From contig OY970355.1 of NCBI GenBank assembly GCA_963718525.1, forward strand, positions 992,001 to 1,056,000: a stretch of 64,000 bases of DNA, written 5' to 3'. The DNA is from Candidatus Dormiibacterota bacterium (GTDB lineage: Bacteria > Chloroflexota > Dormibacteria > Aeolococcales > Aeolococcaceae). Position numbers and translations under genes: made by a program. This document shows, in pieces, positions 49,899 to 59,793 of the stretch; the first letter of the stretch is position 1, and each line of letters opens with the position of its first letter. Below the pieces are notes generated by a model. That model had not been told where the DNA came from. It saw nothing but the letters and a program-made list of their open reading frames with translations, and did no database searches.

Positions 49899-51905
49899 AT
49901 GTCAGGAGACACCGCACCCCAGGATAAGGTCCCGAACGTATACACGATGAGGCTCAGCCTCAACGTGCTCGACCACCTCGGCCTCAACCTCTACAGCAAC
50001 ATCCCTGCGGTGCTGTCCGAGGTAGTCGCCAACTCATGGGATGCCGATGCCGAGACGGTCACGATCGTAATCGACGCTCCTTCGGGCCTTATCACGATTA
50101 CCGACGACGGCATCGGTATGTCCGTTGCCGACCTCAATGAACGCTTTCTTTTCGTCGGGTTCAAACGCCGCGACGGCGGTTCGTCGGTTACCGCTCGAGG
50201 TCGACCCGTTATGGGCCGCAAGGGGATCGGCAAGCTGTCTCTCTTCGCCATTGCGGACACGATCCAGGTGGAGAGTTTCAAGGATGGGCAGCGCGCTGGT
50301 CTTGTGCTGAAGACGTCAGAGATCCGAGCCCAGATGGCTCAGGCAGACGGCGAGTACCACCCGACAGCGATCGATCCCGACCAGATCTCGCTGCAAAAGG
50401 GAACCGAAATCACCCTGACGGATCTCCGGCTCCGCCCGACAGAGACCACCCGTCACGCTCTCCGCCGGCGTCTCGCACGCCGATTCAGCATCATCGGACC
50501 CGAGCACGGCTTCGCTGTTTCCGTCGATGGTGTCGAGATCAGCGTGGCCGACCGGGATTACTACTCGAAGATTGAGTACCTCTGGTCGCTGGGCGACGTA
50601 GGTGACGTGTACGAGCAGCGCTGCCTCAACGCCACCAAGAAGCGTCAGATCAGCGGCATTATCTCGGCAGCTCAAGGCTGGACCGTCACCGGATGGGTCG
50701 GGACCGTCGACGAGCAGAAGAGCATTGACGACGAGACCAACGTCATCCCGGTACTGGCGCGGGGCAAGCTCATCCACGAGGACCTGCTCGCCTCGGTCAA
50801 GCCGGCCGGAGTGTTCGCCAAGTACGTAATGGGAGAGATCCATGCTGACTTCGTCGACACAGACGACCGTCCAGACATCGCCACCAGCGATCGCCAAAGC
50901 CTCAAGGAAGACGATCCTCGCTTCGAGGCCCTCATCGATTATCTCGACAAGACCGTGCTGCGAGAGGTTGGCAACAGGTGGCGGGACTGGCGCCGGGACG
51001 ACGCGCTCGATAAAGCACGCACGAATCCCGTCGTCGAAGAGTGGTACCTATCGCTGGGCGAGGACCAGAAGCGCTACGCGAAGCAGCTCTTCGGCAAGAT
51101 CGGGAACATCGCGCTAGAGCGAGAAGCGGATCGAATTGAGCTGTACAAGCATGGGATTCTCGCGTTCGAGCGCCTCCGGCTCCGTGATCTGCTGGGTGAA
51201 GTGGAGAAGCTCGACGGGTCAGCGCTCCAGTTCGATGTTATCGGTCGCGCATTCGCGAGCATCGACGACATCGAGGCCGCTCAGTACGGGGAGATCGCGC
51301 GCGGACGAATCAGTGTTATCGGGTCCTTCGTGGGGTTAGTCGATGCCGACGCCAAGGAGCGCGTAATCCAACGGCACCTCTTCGATCACCTCTGGTTGCT
51401 CGACAGCTCTTGGGAGAGAGCTTCGACCAACGAGCGCATCGAAGAGACGGTCATGAAGGAGTTCGCCAAGATTGACGCCAACCTCACAGTTGACGAGAAG
51501 GCGGCCCGGATCGACATTCGGTACCGGACTGCCGCGGGAAAGCACATCATCATTGAGCTGAAGCGGTACAGCGTGACGGTGTCGACGAGCGATCTTGTCG
51601 CACAGATCGGAAAATACCGCAGCGCGCTCCAGAAGTGCATTGCAGAGCAGTTCCCAGACGAACCGCACGAAATCGAGTGCATCGCGGTAGTAGGCAAGGT
51701 CCCGACCGACCTCTCCCCCGACGAAGTGAAGCGGACGCTCGCCGGCTTGGGCACACGAGTAGTGACATACGACATGCTGATCGCAAATGCACTCAGGAGT
51801 TACCAGGACTACCTCGAACGACACAAAGAGGTGTCGCGGCTCGCTGAGCTGATTGAGCGGCTGGAGGCTTCCGCAGTGACCAAGGAACCAGAAGCGCCAG
51901 ACTAA
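49899..51905 (+). CDS. GHKL (MORC-like) ATPase fused to PD-(D/E)XK endonuclease (HgiDII-like architecture)
   Basis: EVVANSWDA, DDGIGM, GRKGIGK, C-terminal RIDI...IIELKR, QIGKY. Confidence 0.85.
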   Translation: MSGDTAPQDKVPNVYTMRLSLNVLDHLGLNLYSNIPAVLSEVVANSWDADAETVTIVIDAPSGLITITDDGIGMSVADLNERFLFVGFKRRDGGSSVTARGRPVMGRKGIGKLSLFAIADTIQVESFKDGQRAGLVLKTSEIRAQMAQADGEYHPTAIDPDQISLQKGTEITLTDLRLRPTETTRHALRRRLARRFSIIGPEHGFAVSVDGVEISVADRDYYSKIEYLWSLGDVGDVYEQRCLNATKKRQISGIISAAQGWTVTGWVGTVDEQKSIDDETNVIPVLARGKLIHEDLLASVKPAGVFAKYVMGEIHADFVDTDDRPDIATSDRQSLKEDDPRFEALIDYLDKTVLREVGNRWRDWRRDDALDKARTNPVVEEWYLSLGEDQKRYAKQLFGKIGNIALEREADRIELYKHGILAFERLRLRDLLGEVEKLDGSALQFDVIGRAFASIDDIEAAQYGEIARGRISVIGSFVGLVDADAKERVIQRHLFDHLWLLDSSWERASTNERIEETVMKEFAKIDANLTVDEKAARIDIRYRTAAGKHIIIELKRYSVTVSTSDLVAQIGKYRSALQKCIAEQFPDEPHEIECIAVVGKVPTDLSPDEVKRTLAGLGTRVVTYDMLIANALRSYQDYLERHKEVSRLAELIERLEASAVTKEPEAPD

Positions 51906-52112
51906 GCGTCACTATCCGGAGTGTCCCCTTGATCCATCGCGCTCAGTGCGTGAGCGCGGTCCGCGGCCTCACGGTTGTCGGAGACGAGGCTTAAGACGCT
52001 GCTGCAACACCGCGCACCGTTAGCCTCTAAAGGAATGTCAGCGATTCGACACCGTGCGGATCCGTCGTGGCGCGCGGGAGGTTACATACCATCCAACGCT
52101 AATTTTGTAGTC

Positions 52113-53318
52113 TCACGGTGCGAGCAGTGCAGACAGACGCGACAGTGCGTCGCCCTGCATTGAAGGCATCACGTGGCTATACGTGTTCAGTGTCAGTGAG
52201 ATTTGTGAGTGTCCGAGGATCTCCATCACCACACGCGGACTGACCCCCTGTGCAATCAGGAACGAGGCGCATGTGTGGCGGAGGTCGTGAAACCGCTTTC
52301 TTGGCAAGCCAGCACGAGCGAGATGAGTTTGAAAGGCGTGAGTTACGTCAGCAGAGTGAAGAGGTCGCCCGGTTAGCGTGGTGAACACCAACTGCCAGTC
52401 GTTGTTCCAGTTGCGGGTCGCTAACCGCTCCTCGGCCTGGCGCGTCCGATGAGCCCGGAGCACGTCGAGCAACTGGGTGGGAAGTGGTCCGATCGACCGA
52501 CGACTGCGGTCAGTCTTCGGTTCAGCCAGCATGAAACCACCGTTGCCCCTCTGAAGAGTTCGGCGAACATGGATCACCCCCAACTCAAAGTCGACTTCGT
52601 TCCAGCTCAATCCGAGGATCTCCCCCTGGCGCAAACCCAGAGCAAGTGCCACGGAATAAAGTGCCTGGAGCCTGTCGCCGCTGACCGCTTCAAGGAGCGC
52701 GCCGGCCTGCTCGGGGGTTAGGGGCTCAACCTCCTGTTTGGGCACTCTTGGCCCCTGGGTGAGGGCTGCCGCGTTTCGATTAACTAGTCCCCAGCGCAGC
52801 GCTTGATTGAGCGCAATGCGTAGAACCGCTCTGATGTACTCGACGCGACGAGGTGAGAGTCCAGAAGCGAGCTTTCTGTTCAGCATCGTCTGAACGTGCC
52901 CGGGGGTGAGTTTGTTGAGTCTCAGCTTCCCGAGCTCGGGTTCGATGTGGAGCCGAACAAGGTCCCGATAGCTGGAGTATGTCGACGGTCGCACCTTGGT
53001 GCTAACGGTTCCTTGCAGCCAATCCTGCAAGAACTGACCAACGGTTTCCCGCTCGGGTGGTATGGGCACACCCTCGTTGGCAGCGCGCACGCCCTGGGCC
53101 ACCTTGACGACGACTTCGGCGCGGGTCTTACCTGAATACCACTTACGCCGGGCCTGGTCCAGGGTCACGTATCCGTACCACGTCCCGTCCTTCCGCTGAG
53201 CGATGCAGCCCTCGCGATTGCCCCGGCGACCGCGGCGCTTTCGAGGCTCCGAAAGTGACCCCAGTGCCCCAACTGTTGTAACGACTGTTGTGTCGGGGCT
53301 AATCTCACCTTCGGTCAC
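52113..53318 (-). CDS. tyrosine integrase
   Basis: GLRQGE, PKT, FHDLRH, LGHSQ, TYSH; true start may be downstream of 53318. Confidence 0.95.
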   Translation of the reverse strand: MTEGEISPDTTVVTTVGALGSLSEPRKRRGRRGNREGCIAQRKDGTWYGYVTLDQARRKWYSGKTRAEVVVKVAQGVRAANEGVPIPPERETVGQFLQDWLQGTVSTKVRPSTYSSYRDLVRLHIEPELGKLRLNKLTPGHVQTMLNRKLASGLSPRRVEYIRAVLRIALNQALRWGLVNRNAAALTQGPRVPKQEVEPLTPEQAGALLEAVSGDRLQALYSVALALGLRQGEILGLSWNEVDFELGVIHVRRTLQRGNGGFMLAEPKTDRSRRSIGPLPTQLLDVLRAHRTRQAEERLATRNWNNDWQLVFTTLTGRPLHSADVTHAFQTHLARAGLPRKRFHDLRHTCASFLIAQGVSPRVVMEILGHSQISLTLNTYSHVMPSMQGDALSRLSALLAP

Positions 53319-53357
53319 GAGGTGATTATAGCCTTCATTCGTATTCAGATTTGCCTA

Positions 53358-53429
53358 TGCCCGCTCAGGGATTCGAACCCTGGACCTTGGGATTAAAGTT
53401 CCCTGCTCTACCAACTGAGCTAAACGGGC
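53358..53429 (-). tRNA. tRNA-Lys (probably CTT); anticodon arm 1 nt short as sequenced
   Basis: Acceptor GCCCGTT/AGCGGGC, D-arm GCTC/GAGC, T-arm CAGGG-TTCGAAT-CCCTG; the att copy reads CTCTTAA. Confidence 0.85.
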
Positions 53430-53441
53430 CAGGGCCCGATT

Positions 53442-54245
53442 CTAACCGTGGGTCACCGCCCCTCCGGACGGACCCGCACCGCCGCCAACCCGTCCCGCGC
53501 GTCGCTCGCCGCCGAGCCACACCATCGATCGATACTGCTGGGAGAGCCGCATCCGGAGCGGCGGAGGCGACGGGCCCACGGCGCCCGACATCGGTGACGT
53601 TGTCCGGTCCGCGATCGCGCGACGCAGATCCGCCGCCCCCTTTCCCGGGAACACGGTGAGCACGCGCCCCAGGTCGTGCTTGCCGAAATGGCTGTCACCG
53701 GCGCCGAGCGCCGCGCCGAGGCGGTCCCGGTGCTCGGCGTAGAACGTGTCGAGCACCCCCCAGGTCTTCGGGAGCACGGGCGCGGTGTGGCGGAGTTCGA
53801 TGCCGTCCACCCTCCGCGCCTCGAGCAGGTGACGTGCCCTTCCGGGCGTCATCGATGCGAACCAGGTCGGCATGAACGGGTGGGCGATGACGGCCAGACC
53901 GCCGGCGTCGTGGATCGCGTCAACCGTGTCCTCAACGGACATGTGCATCCGTATCTGTCGCTCCAGGAACAGCCCGACGATGTGGATGCCAGGTGGGAAG
54001 GACGCAGTCACCTCCTCGCCTCGGACGACGTCCACGCCCAGTGCGGCCCCGGTCTCGATCGCCCGGCCGAGGTCGGAGATCGTGTCGTGGTCGGTGATGC
54101 AGAGCACGTTTAGGCCGATCGCCGCCGACGCGCGGACCAACTCGGTGGCGCTCACCATCCCGTCACTCGCGAGCGTGTGCGCGTGAATCTCCGCGATCCC
54201 GAGCCCATCCGCGACGCGCGCGCGAGCAGCAGGTCTCTAACTCAT
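53442..54245 (-). CDS. PHP-domain phosphoesterase; in-frame TAG at codon 3 as sequenced
   Basis: EIHAHTLASDG lies upstream of the called Met; ITDHD, GEE, AHPF, GDSH. Confidence 0.8.
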
Positions 54246-54264
54246 CGATCCAGTGTAAGGGGCT

Positions 54265-54286
54265 GCTGAGAAGCCGCTGAGAAGCC
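54265..54286. promoter_or_regulatory. OmpR-family tandem binding site (MprA-box-like)
   Basis: GCTGAGAAGCC x2, i.e. CTGAGA-N5-CTGAGA, upstream of the response regulator. Confidence 0.65.
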
Positions 54287-54344
54287 GTATTCGCGATCAT
54301 CTCGTGGCGGAGTCGTCGCGAGTTCAACTCATATACTCGAGGCA

Positions 54345-55049
54345 ATGAGTGGGCAGACCCGCCTCCTCGTCGTCGACGACGAGCAGAGCATCACCGACTT
54401 CATCGCGCTCGGCTTGCGCCATGAGGGGTTCGATGTCCGCACCGCTCCAGACGGTCATGTCGCCCTCCGCATCGTCGACGAGTTCAAGCCGCACCTGGTC
54501 GTGCTCGACCTGATGATGCCGCGCGTCGACGGCTGGGAGCTCTGCCGCGCCCTGTCGGGCGACCGCACACGAGGGATCATCATTCTCAGCGCGCGCGACG
54601 AGACCAGCGATCGGATCCAGGGGCTCGAGCTCGGGGCCGACGACTACCTCGTCAAACCGTTTGACTTTGCCGAGTTGCTTGCCCGGATCCGCGCGGTGCT
54701 CCGCCGCCGCAACCCGGATCTCACTCGCGTGATCCACGCCGGCGATCTGAGCATCGACACCGCGACCCGTGAGGTGCGCGCGGGAAATCGAACGGTGGAT
54801 CTCTCGGTGCGGGAATACGATCTGCTCCTGTACCTCGCGACAAACGTGGACCAGGTCCTGCCGCGCCAGCGCATTCTCGACGAGGTGTGGGGCTACAACT
54901 TCTTCGGCGACGAGAACAACATCGAGGTGTACATCCGCTACCTGCGCACCAAGCTCGGCGATACGGCACACGAGCGCATTCAGACCGTGCGCGGCGTCGG
55001 CTACCGGCTCCGCAGCACCGTGGTCGGGACCGACGCCGCGGCGCGGTAG
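54345..55049 (+). CDS. OmpR/PhoB-family response regulator (MprA-like)
   Basis: VVDDE, LDLMMP, GADDYLVKPF, IQTVRGVGY. Confidence 0.93.
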   Translation: MSGQTRLLVVDDEQSITDFIALGLRHEGFDVRTAPDGHVALRIVDEFKPHLVVLDLMMPRVDGWELCRALSGDRTRGIIILSARDETSDRIQGLELGADDYLVKPFDFAELLARIRAVLRRRNPDLTRVIHAGDLSIDTATREVRAGNRTVDLSVREYDLLLYLATNVDQVLPRQRILDEVWGYNFFGDENNIEVYIRYLRTKLGDTAHERIQTVRGVGYRLRSTVVGTDAAAR

Positions 55050-55052
55050 GAC

Positions 55053-56549
55053 GTGCGCCGCATCGGACACGCGCTCGCGTCGCTGCGCTGGCGGCTGACA
55101 TTGACGTTCATCGCGCTGCTCCTTCCATTGCTCATGTTGCTCGCCGGCTACCAGTACGTCACGTTGCGAGCGAGTCTCATCAGCAATCGAGTCGGTGAGC
55201 TGCAGGCTGCCTTCACATCGGCAAAGCGGCTGCTCGCCACCAAGGAGAAGGCGCTGGGCGCGACCACGACGGCGAGCCTCCGCCTGTGCAACACGCACCC
55301 CGCCCTGTTCGGTGCAGCGATGGCCAGCGTCGTGTCGACCGTCTCAGGACAAACCGTGCAGGTTGTCGTCTTCAACAACGGTCTCACCGAGGAGGCGGTG
55401 GCGCCGTCCGGCGCAAACCCACCAGCGCTTGACGTGGCGCAACTGCAAGGGGTGATCACCAAGGGCACGCGCTCCGGCGCTCAGCAGATCAGCACGAGCA
55501 CCGGCGACCAACTCGTGGTGGGGTTTCCTGCTGTGCCCGGATCCGGTGCCTGCGGCGTCGTGCAGATGTCGACCAGCATGGCGCCCATCACGAACGTGCT
55601 GAATGACGACATCCTCCTGATCACCGCCGGCAGCCTGGTGACTCTGTTGCTGGCACTCGTCCTTGGAGTACTGCTCACGGGAAGAACGCTCCGACCCATG
55701 CGCCGGCTCACCGCCACCGCCGAGCAACTCGCAGCGGGCGACCTCACCGCGAGAAGTCGTTTGACACCGAGTGGTGACGAGGTCGGCCAGCTGGCGAGCA
55801 GCTTCGACCACATGGCCGACCGCATTCAGGAAGCCTTTGCTGCGCAACAGGATTCCGAGGCGCAGGTCCGTCGCTTCATCGCCGACGCGTCGCACGAGCT
55901 GCGCACACCGCTGACCGCGCTCAAAGGCTACATCGACGTGTTGCGCAGGGGAGCCGGCCGTGAACCCGCCGAGCTCGATGCCGCGCTCGAGGCGATGAGC
56001 AACGAGTCCGAGCGCATGCGCGTGCTCGTCCTCGACCTCCTCACACTGGCGCGCCTCGACGCGCAGCGCAAGTCGCATCCCGAGGATTTCGACCTCAACG
56101 CCATGGTCGAGGGGCTGCTCACGGAAGGCGTGCCGGGCATGCCGTCGGTGGTGGAACGCAACCTCGGTCCCACGCCGCTGCTCGCGCACGCGGACCGCGG
56201 AGCTGTGAGCACCATCGTGCGCAACCTGCTCGTCAACGCGTGCAAGTACGCGCACGGGGCGGCGCAGCACTGGAGCACCTCGGTGGAGGGCGGCTGGGCG
56301 AAGCTCGAGGTTCGCGACGAGGGACCCGGCATTCCAGCGGCCGATCTGCCGCATGTGTTCGAACGGTTCTACCGGGGAGAGAAGACCAGGGCGCGGGAGG
56401 AGGGAGGCAGCGGGCTCGGTCTCAGCATCGTGCAGGGTCTGGCGCGTGCGCAGGGGGGTGACGTTGCGATCCGCAGCAGCGAGGGCGCTGGAACCACCGT
56501 GACCCTGTGGCTGCCGATCGCGGCGCCGCCGCCCCCTCCTACAGATTGA
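55053..56549 (+). CDS. HAMP sensor histidine kinase
   Basis: Two TMs, HAMP, ASHELRTP, N box, DEGPG, GSGLGL. Confidence 0.93.
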   Translation: MRRIGHALASLRWRLTLTFIALLLPLLMLLAGYQYVTLRASLISNRVGELQAAFTSAKRLLATKEKALGATTTASLRLCNTHPALFGAAMASVVSTVSGQTVQVVVFNNGLTEEAVAPSGANPPALDVAQLQGVITKGTRSGAQQISTSTGDQLVVGFPAVPGSGACGVVQMSTSMAPITNVLNDDILLITAGSLVTLLLALVLGVLLTGRTLRPMRRLTATAEQLAAGDLTARSRLTPSGDEVGQLASSFDHMADRIQEAFAAQQDSEAQVRRFIADASHELRTPLTALKGYIDVLRRGAGREPAELDAALEAMSNESERMRVLVLDLLTLARLDAQRKSHPEDFDLNAMVEGLLTEGVPGMPSVVERNLGPTPLLAHADRGAVSTIVRNLLVNACKYAHGAAQHWSTSVEGGWAKLEVRDEGPGIPAADLPHVFERFYRGEKTRAREEGGSGLGLSIVQGLARAQGGDVAIRSSEGAGTTVTLWLPIAAPPPPPTD

Positions 56550-57282
56550 ACGGCGACTGGAACGAGAGCCCGCTCAGGACGGTCAGCTGGCCGGTGGCCA
56601 TCAGCAGGCCGAAGCAGAAGAGGATCACGCCGGCAACGATGCTGATCACCCGGAGATGGCGGTTGATGCTGCGCAGCACCCCCTGCAGCCGGTCCGCCAG
56701 GAGCGCAACGAGGAGGAACGGGATCGCCAGTCCCAGGCAGTACAGCACCATGAACGGGAGACCGCCGAATTCGCGGTTCTGGGCGAGCGTGAGGATGGCG
56801 CCGAGTTGTGGCCCCAGGCATGGCAGCCATCCAGCCGCGAAGGTCAGTCCAAGCAGCAGCCCACCGGCGGCGCCGCTCGAGACCGGGAGGTGGAACCTGC
56901 GTTCACGCTCCAGCCAGCCGAATCGGAGCACTCCCATCGTCTGGAGCGCGAGCACCATGATGATCCCGCCCGCAATCCGGTTGACGAGGTCGAGGTTGCG
57001 CTGAAAGACGGTGATCGCGAGCACACCCTCGAGCAGGTAGTACTCAGCGATGAACACGAGGCTGAAACCCAGGACGAAGGCGATTCCGGTGGTCATCGCG
57101 GAGCTGCGGTTGGCCGCCGCCACCGATCCTCCCGAGGCTGCCGCGAACGCGGGTTGGCCGGCGCGGCCGCTCAGGTACGCGGCATACGCGGGCATGAGCG
57201 GGAAGACGCACGGCGACAGGAAGGAGACCAGACCCGCAAGGAACGCAAGCGGAATCGACGGACCCGCTGATACCCCGATCAC
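56539..57282 (-). CDS. ccdA: cytochrome c biogenesis/thiol-disulfide transporter CcdA
   Basis: SFLSPCVFPL and WLPCLGP. Confidence 0.88.
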   Translation of the reverse strand: MIGVSAGPSIPLAFLAGLVSFLSPCVFPLMPAYAAYLSGRAGQPAFAAASGGSVAAANRSSAMTTGIAFVLGFSLVFIAEYYLLEGVLAITVFQRNLDLVNRIAGGIIMVLALQTMGVLRFGWLERERRFHLPVSSGAAGGLLLGLTFAAGWLPCLGPQLGAILTLAQNREFGGLPFMVLYCLGLAIPFLLVALLADRLQGVLRSINRHLRVISIVAGVILFCFGLLMATGQLTVLSGLSFQSPFNL

Positions 57283-57306
57283 CGCGCAAGCGTAGGTCGG
57301 CGAGCG

Positions 57307-58818
57307 CTAGGGGGGGCCTTCCACGTAGTAGCGCTGCCGCCACCGGATGTAGACGTACAGCGCGAGAAGCACGAAGAAGACCTCGTACACAAGTGGCGTC
57401 GGCCAGTGGAATGCGGCCTGCGCGAAACGCTGAATGCCGTTCACGGGCGGTGTGGTGGGCACGTGCTTGATCGCCTGCGGCACGGGCGTCGCGGTGGGCA
57501 CGGGTGTGGGCACCGACGATGGAACCTTGGCTCCCGGCGCCTCTGCCACGAGCGGCGGAGGAGCGGGTGCCGTCGTGTCGGTCTCGACGTATACGTGGCT
57601 GCCGCCGGTCGGCGGGTTCAACGCCACGATCACCTCGGGCGGGGTGGTGTTGGCGATAGCGATCGCGTCGACGTTCTTGCTCGTGCTCGGGAGACCGGTG
57701 TCGGCTTTGTGGTACGTGAGGCCCCCGTCGGTGGATCGAAAGAAGTCGCCGCCCGTGCTCCCACCGGAATCCGCCCCGGCGTACACGAGGCTCGGATCGA
57801 GGGGACCGAACTGCGCGACCGTCAGCGTGAGTGCCTGGGGCGCTCCCGTGCCGGCGGTCCAGGTCGCCCCACCGTCGCCGCTCCGGAAGATGCCCTGGGA
57901 GGTCGCGACGATCAGCGGCCGCTTCGGGACCGCGGCGTCGATCTCACCCGCCGTGAGCGATGCGACCAGCGATGCCGACGGCAAGCCCGATTGCAGGACC
58001 TCCCACGCGCCGCCGCCGGTGCTGCTGAAGAGATATCCGGAGGTGAGCGTGCCGCTGATCGCACCGTCGGCGCCGGCGATCACGGTGAACTGCGGGAAGT
58101 TGGCGGCCACGGCCACCGCGGCGATCGAGTACCGATCGAGTCCGCCGTCATGCCAGACATGGCCGTCCGGGCTGAGCGCCACCCCGGCGTTGGTGCCGGC
58201 GGCGATCCCGTCGAGGCCGAACGCGAGCGAGCGTACGGCGAGGTTGCCAAGCCCGCTCGACGCGTCGGTCCACGTCGATCCGGCGTCACCGCTGGCAAAC
58301 ACCCCCTTGCCATCCGTCCCCGCGAAGGCATCGACGGGTTTGCGAACGTCGAATCCGACCGTCCAGACGCGCACCCCGGCCAGTGTCCTGGTCCACGTGG
58401 CGCCGCTGTCGCGCGAGACGTAGAGGCCCGAATCGGTGCCGGCGAGGATCGTGCTCGGTACCGTCGGCTCCACGGCGACGCTCCAGATCCGACCCGACCC
58501 GAGCCCGGGCAAAACGCCCGCCTCGGTGAACCCGGCCTGGGCTGCGGAGACGTGGGGGCTCAGCGTCGCGAGGGCGGTGAGCAGCACCACGGCGAGCAGC
58601 AGCGCACCAAACGAGCGCCGTCGCCGGCGTCCCGGCGTCCCGGCGGGCGGACAGGGGTGGGTGGGCTGGTGAGTTCTCAGTACAGGGCGCTTAAGTGGGT
58701 CGAGTTGAGATGACGGCGCCGCGAGGTCTCGCGCCGCAATCGGGGAGACAGCCCAAGAATAGCGCGCGTTTCGGGTTTCGCGACCGGCCCGCCGAGGTAT
58801 CTGCGAACCAGATGCCAA
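57307..58818 (-). CDS. secreted BNR/beta-propeller protein with C-terminal membrane anchor
   Basis: Signal-like segment, repeated SxDxGxTW, Pro/Thr linker, C-terminal TM; true start probably downstream of 58818. Confidence 0.75.
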   Translation of the reverse strand: MASGSQIPRRAGRETRNARYSWAVSPIAARDLAAPSSQLDPLKRPVLRTHQPTHPCPPAGTPGRRRRRSFGALLLAVVLLTALATLSPHVSAAQAGFTEAGVLPGLGSGRIWSVAVEPTVPSTILAGTDSGLYVSRDSGATWTRTLAGVRVWTVGFDVRKPVDAFAGTDGKGVFASGDAGSTWTDASSGLGNLAVRSLAFGLDGIAAGTNAGVALSPDGHVWHDGGLDRYSIAAVAVAANFPQFTVIAGADGAISGTLTSGYLFSSTGGGAWEVLQSGLPSASLVASLTAGEIDAAVPKRPLIVATSQGIFRSGDGGATWTAGTGAPQALTLTVAQFGPLDPSLVYAGADSGGSTGGDFFRSTDGGLTYHKADTGLPSTSKNVDAIAIANTTPPEVIVALNPPTGGSHVYVETDTTAPAPPPLVAEAPGAKVPSSVPTPVPTATPVPQAIKHVPTTPPVNGIQRFAQAAFHWPTPLVYEVFFVLLALYVYIRWRQRYYVEGPP

Positions 58819-59786
58819 CGACCTTCAAGGACTATTACCAGATCCTGGGCGTTCCGCGGACTGCGACGCAGAAGGAGATCCGCAGCGCTTTCCGCAAGCT
58901 CGCCCGCAAGCACCACCCTGACGTCAACCAGGGTGACAAGGCGGCCGAGGACAAGTTCAAGGAGATCAACGAGGCCAACGAGGTCCTTGGCGATCCCGAG
59001 AAGCGGAAGAAGTACGACGAACTCGGCCCTCGCTGGCAGGAGTACGAGCAGTGGGAGCGCGCAGGCCGCCCCGGGCCAAACCCATTCGAGGGTGGCAACG
59101 AGCATTTCCAGTATCAGACGGTGTCCCCGGACGACCTGGAGGGCATGTTCGGGAACAGCGCGCCGTTCAGCGACTTCTTCCAGCAGTTCTTCGGTGGCGG
59201 GGGCGCAGGTGCGACAGATGGGTTCAGCACGACGCGCACGCGACGGCGAACCGTTGCTCGGCGCGGCCAGGACGTCGAGGGCGATGCCGAGATCAGCCTC
59301 GAGGACGCGTTTCATGGTTCGACGCTGACCGTCGACATGAGCTCGGCTGACGGCCCGCGCAAGGTCGAGGTGAGGATCCCACCCGGGATCCACGACGGTG
59401 CCCGGGTGCGGGCCGGCGGTCAGGGGAGTGCCGGCCGAGGTGGCGGACCTCGGGGCGACCTGTTCATCCGCGTCCACATCCGGCCACATCCCGTCTTCAA
59501 ACGCTCCGGCGACGACCTCCTCGTGACCGTGCCCACGCCGCTGGCAACCGCCATCGCGGGCGGCACCGTTGCGGTGCCGACGCTTCGCGGGACCACCGCT
59601 CAGCTGTCGATCCCGGCCGGCACCCAGAACGCTGCTCGCCTCCGCCTCCGAGGACTCGGCATGCCCCATCTCAAGGGAGACGGCGCCGGTGACCTGATCG
59701 CGACCGTCGACGTGCGTCTGCCCCGTCCGACGCCCGAGCCGCTGCTCGCGTGGGCGACGTCAGAGGTAGAGCAGCAGAGCCCCTGA
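58812..59786 (+). CDS. DnaJ-class chaperone without zinc finger (CbpA-like)
   Basis: KDYYQILG, HPD, FSDFF, C-terminal DnaJ domain. Confidence 0.9.
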   Translation: MPTTFKDYYQILGVPRTATQKEIRSAFRKLARKHHPDVNQGDKAAEDKFKEINEANEVLGDPEKRKKYDELGPRWQEYEQWERAGRPGPNPFEGGNEHFQYQTVSPDDLEGMFGNSAPFSDFFQQFFGGGGAGATDGFSTTRTRRRTVARRGQDVEGDAEISLEDAFHGSTLTVDMSSADGPRKVEVRIPPGIHDGARVRAGGQGSAGRGGGPRGDLFIRVHIRPHPVFKRSGDDLLVTVPTPLATAIAGGTVAVPTLRGTTAQLSIPAGTQNAARLRLRGLGMPHLKGDGAGDLIATVDVRLPRPTPEPLLAWATSEVEQQSP

Positions 59787-59793
59787 CGCACGG

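Larger units (their letters stand above)
35086..53396. mobile_element. tyrosine-integrase island in tRNA-Lys (phage-satellite-like) carrying defence cargo
   Basis: 39-bp tRNA repeat at both ends, integrase next to the tRNA, xis, TOPRIM, AAA and TerS-like genes. Confidence 0.92.

Noticed and set aside
9809-53396. Complete prophage or conjugative ICE
   Set aside because: No capsid, portal, tail, large terminase, relaxase or T4SS genes in either element
54237-54239. Amber read-through or pyrrolysine in the PHP gene
   Set aside because: No supporting machinery is visible, and a single C-to-T change at a GAGTC site explains it
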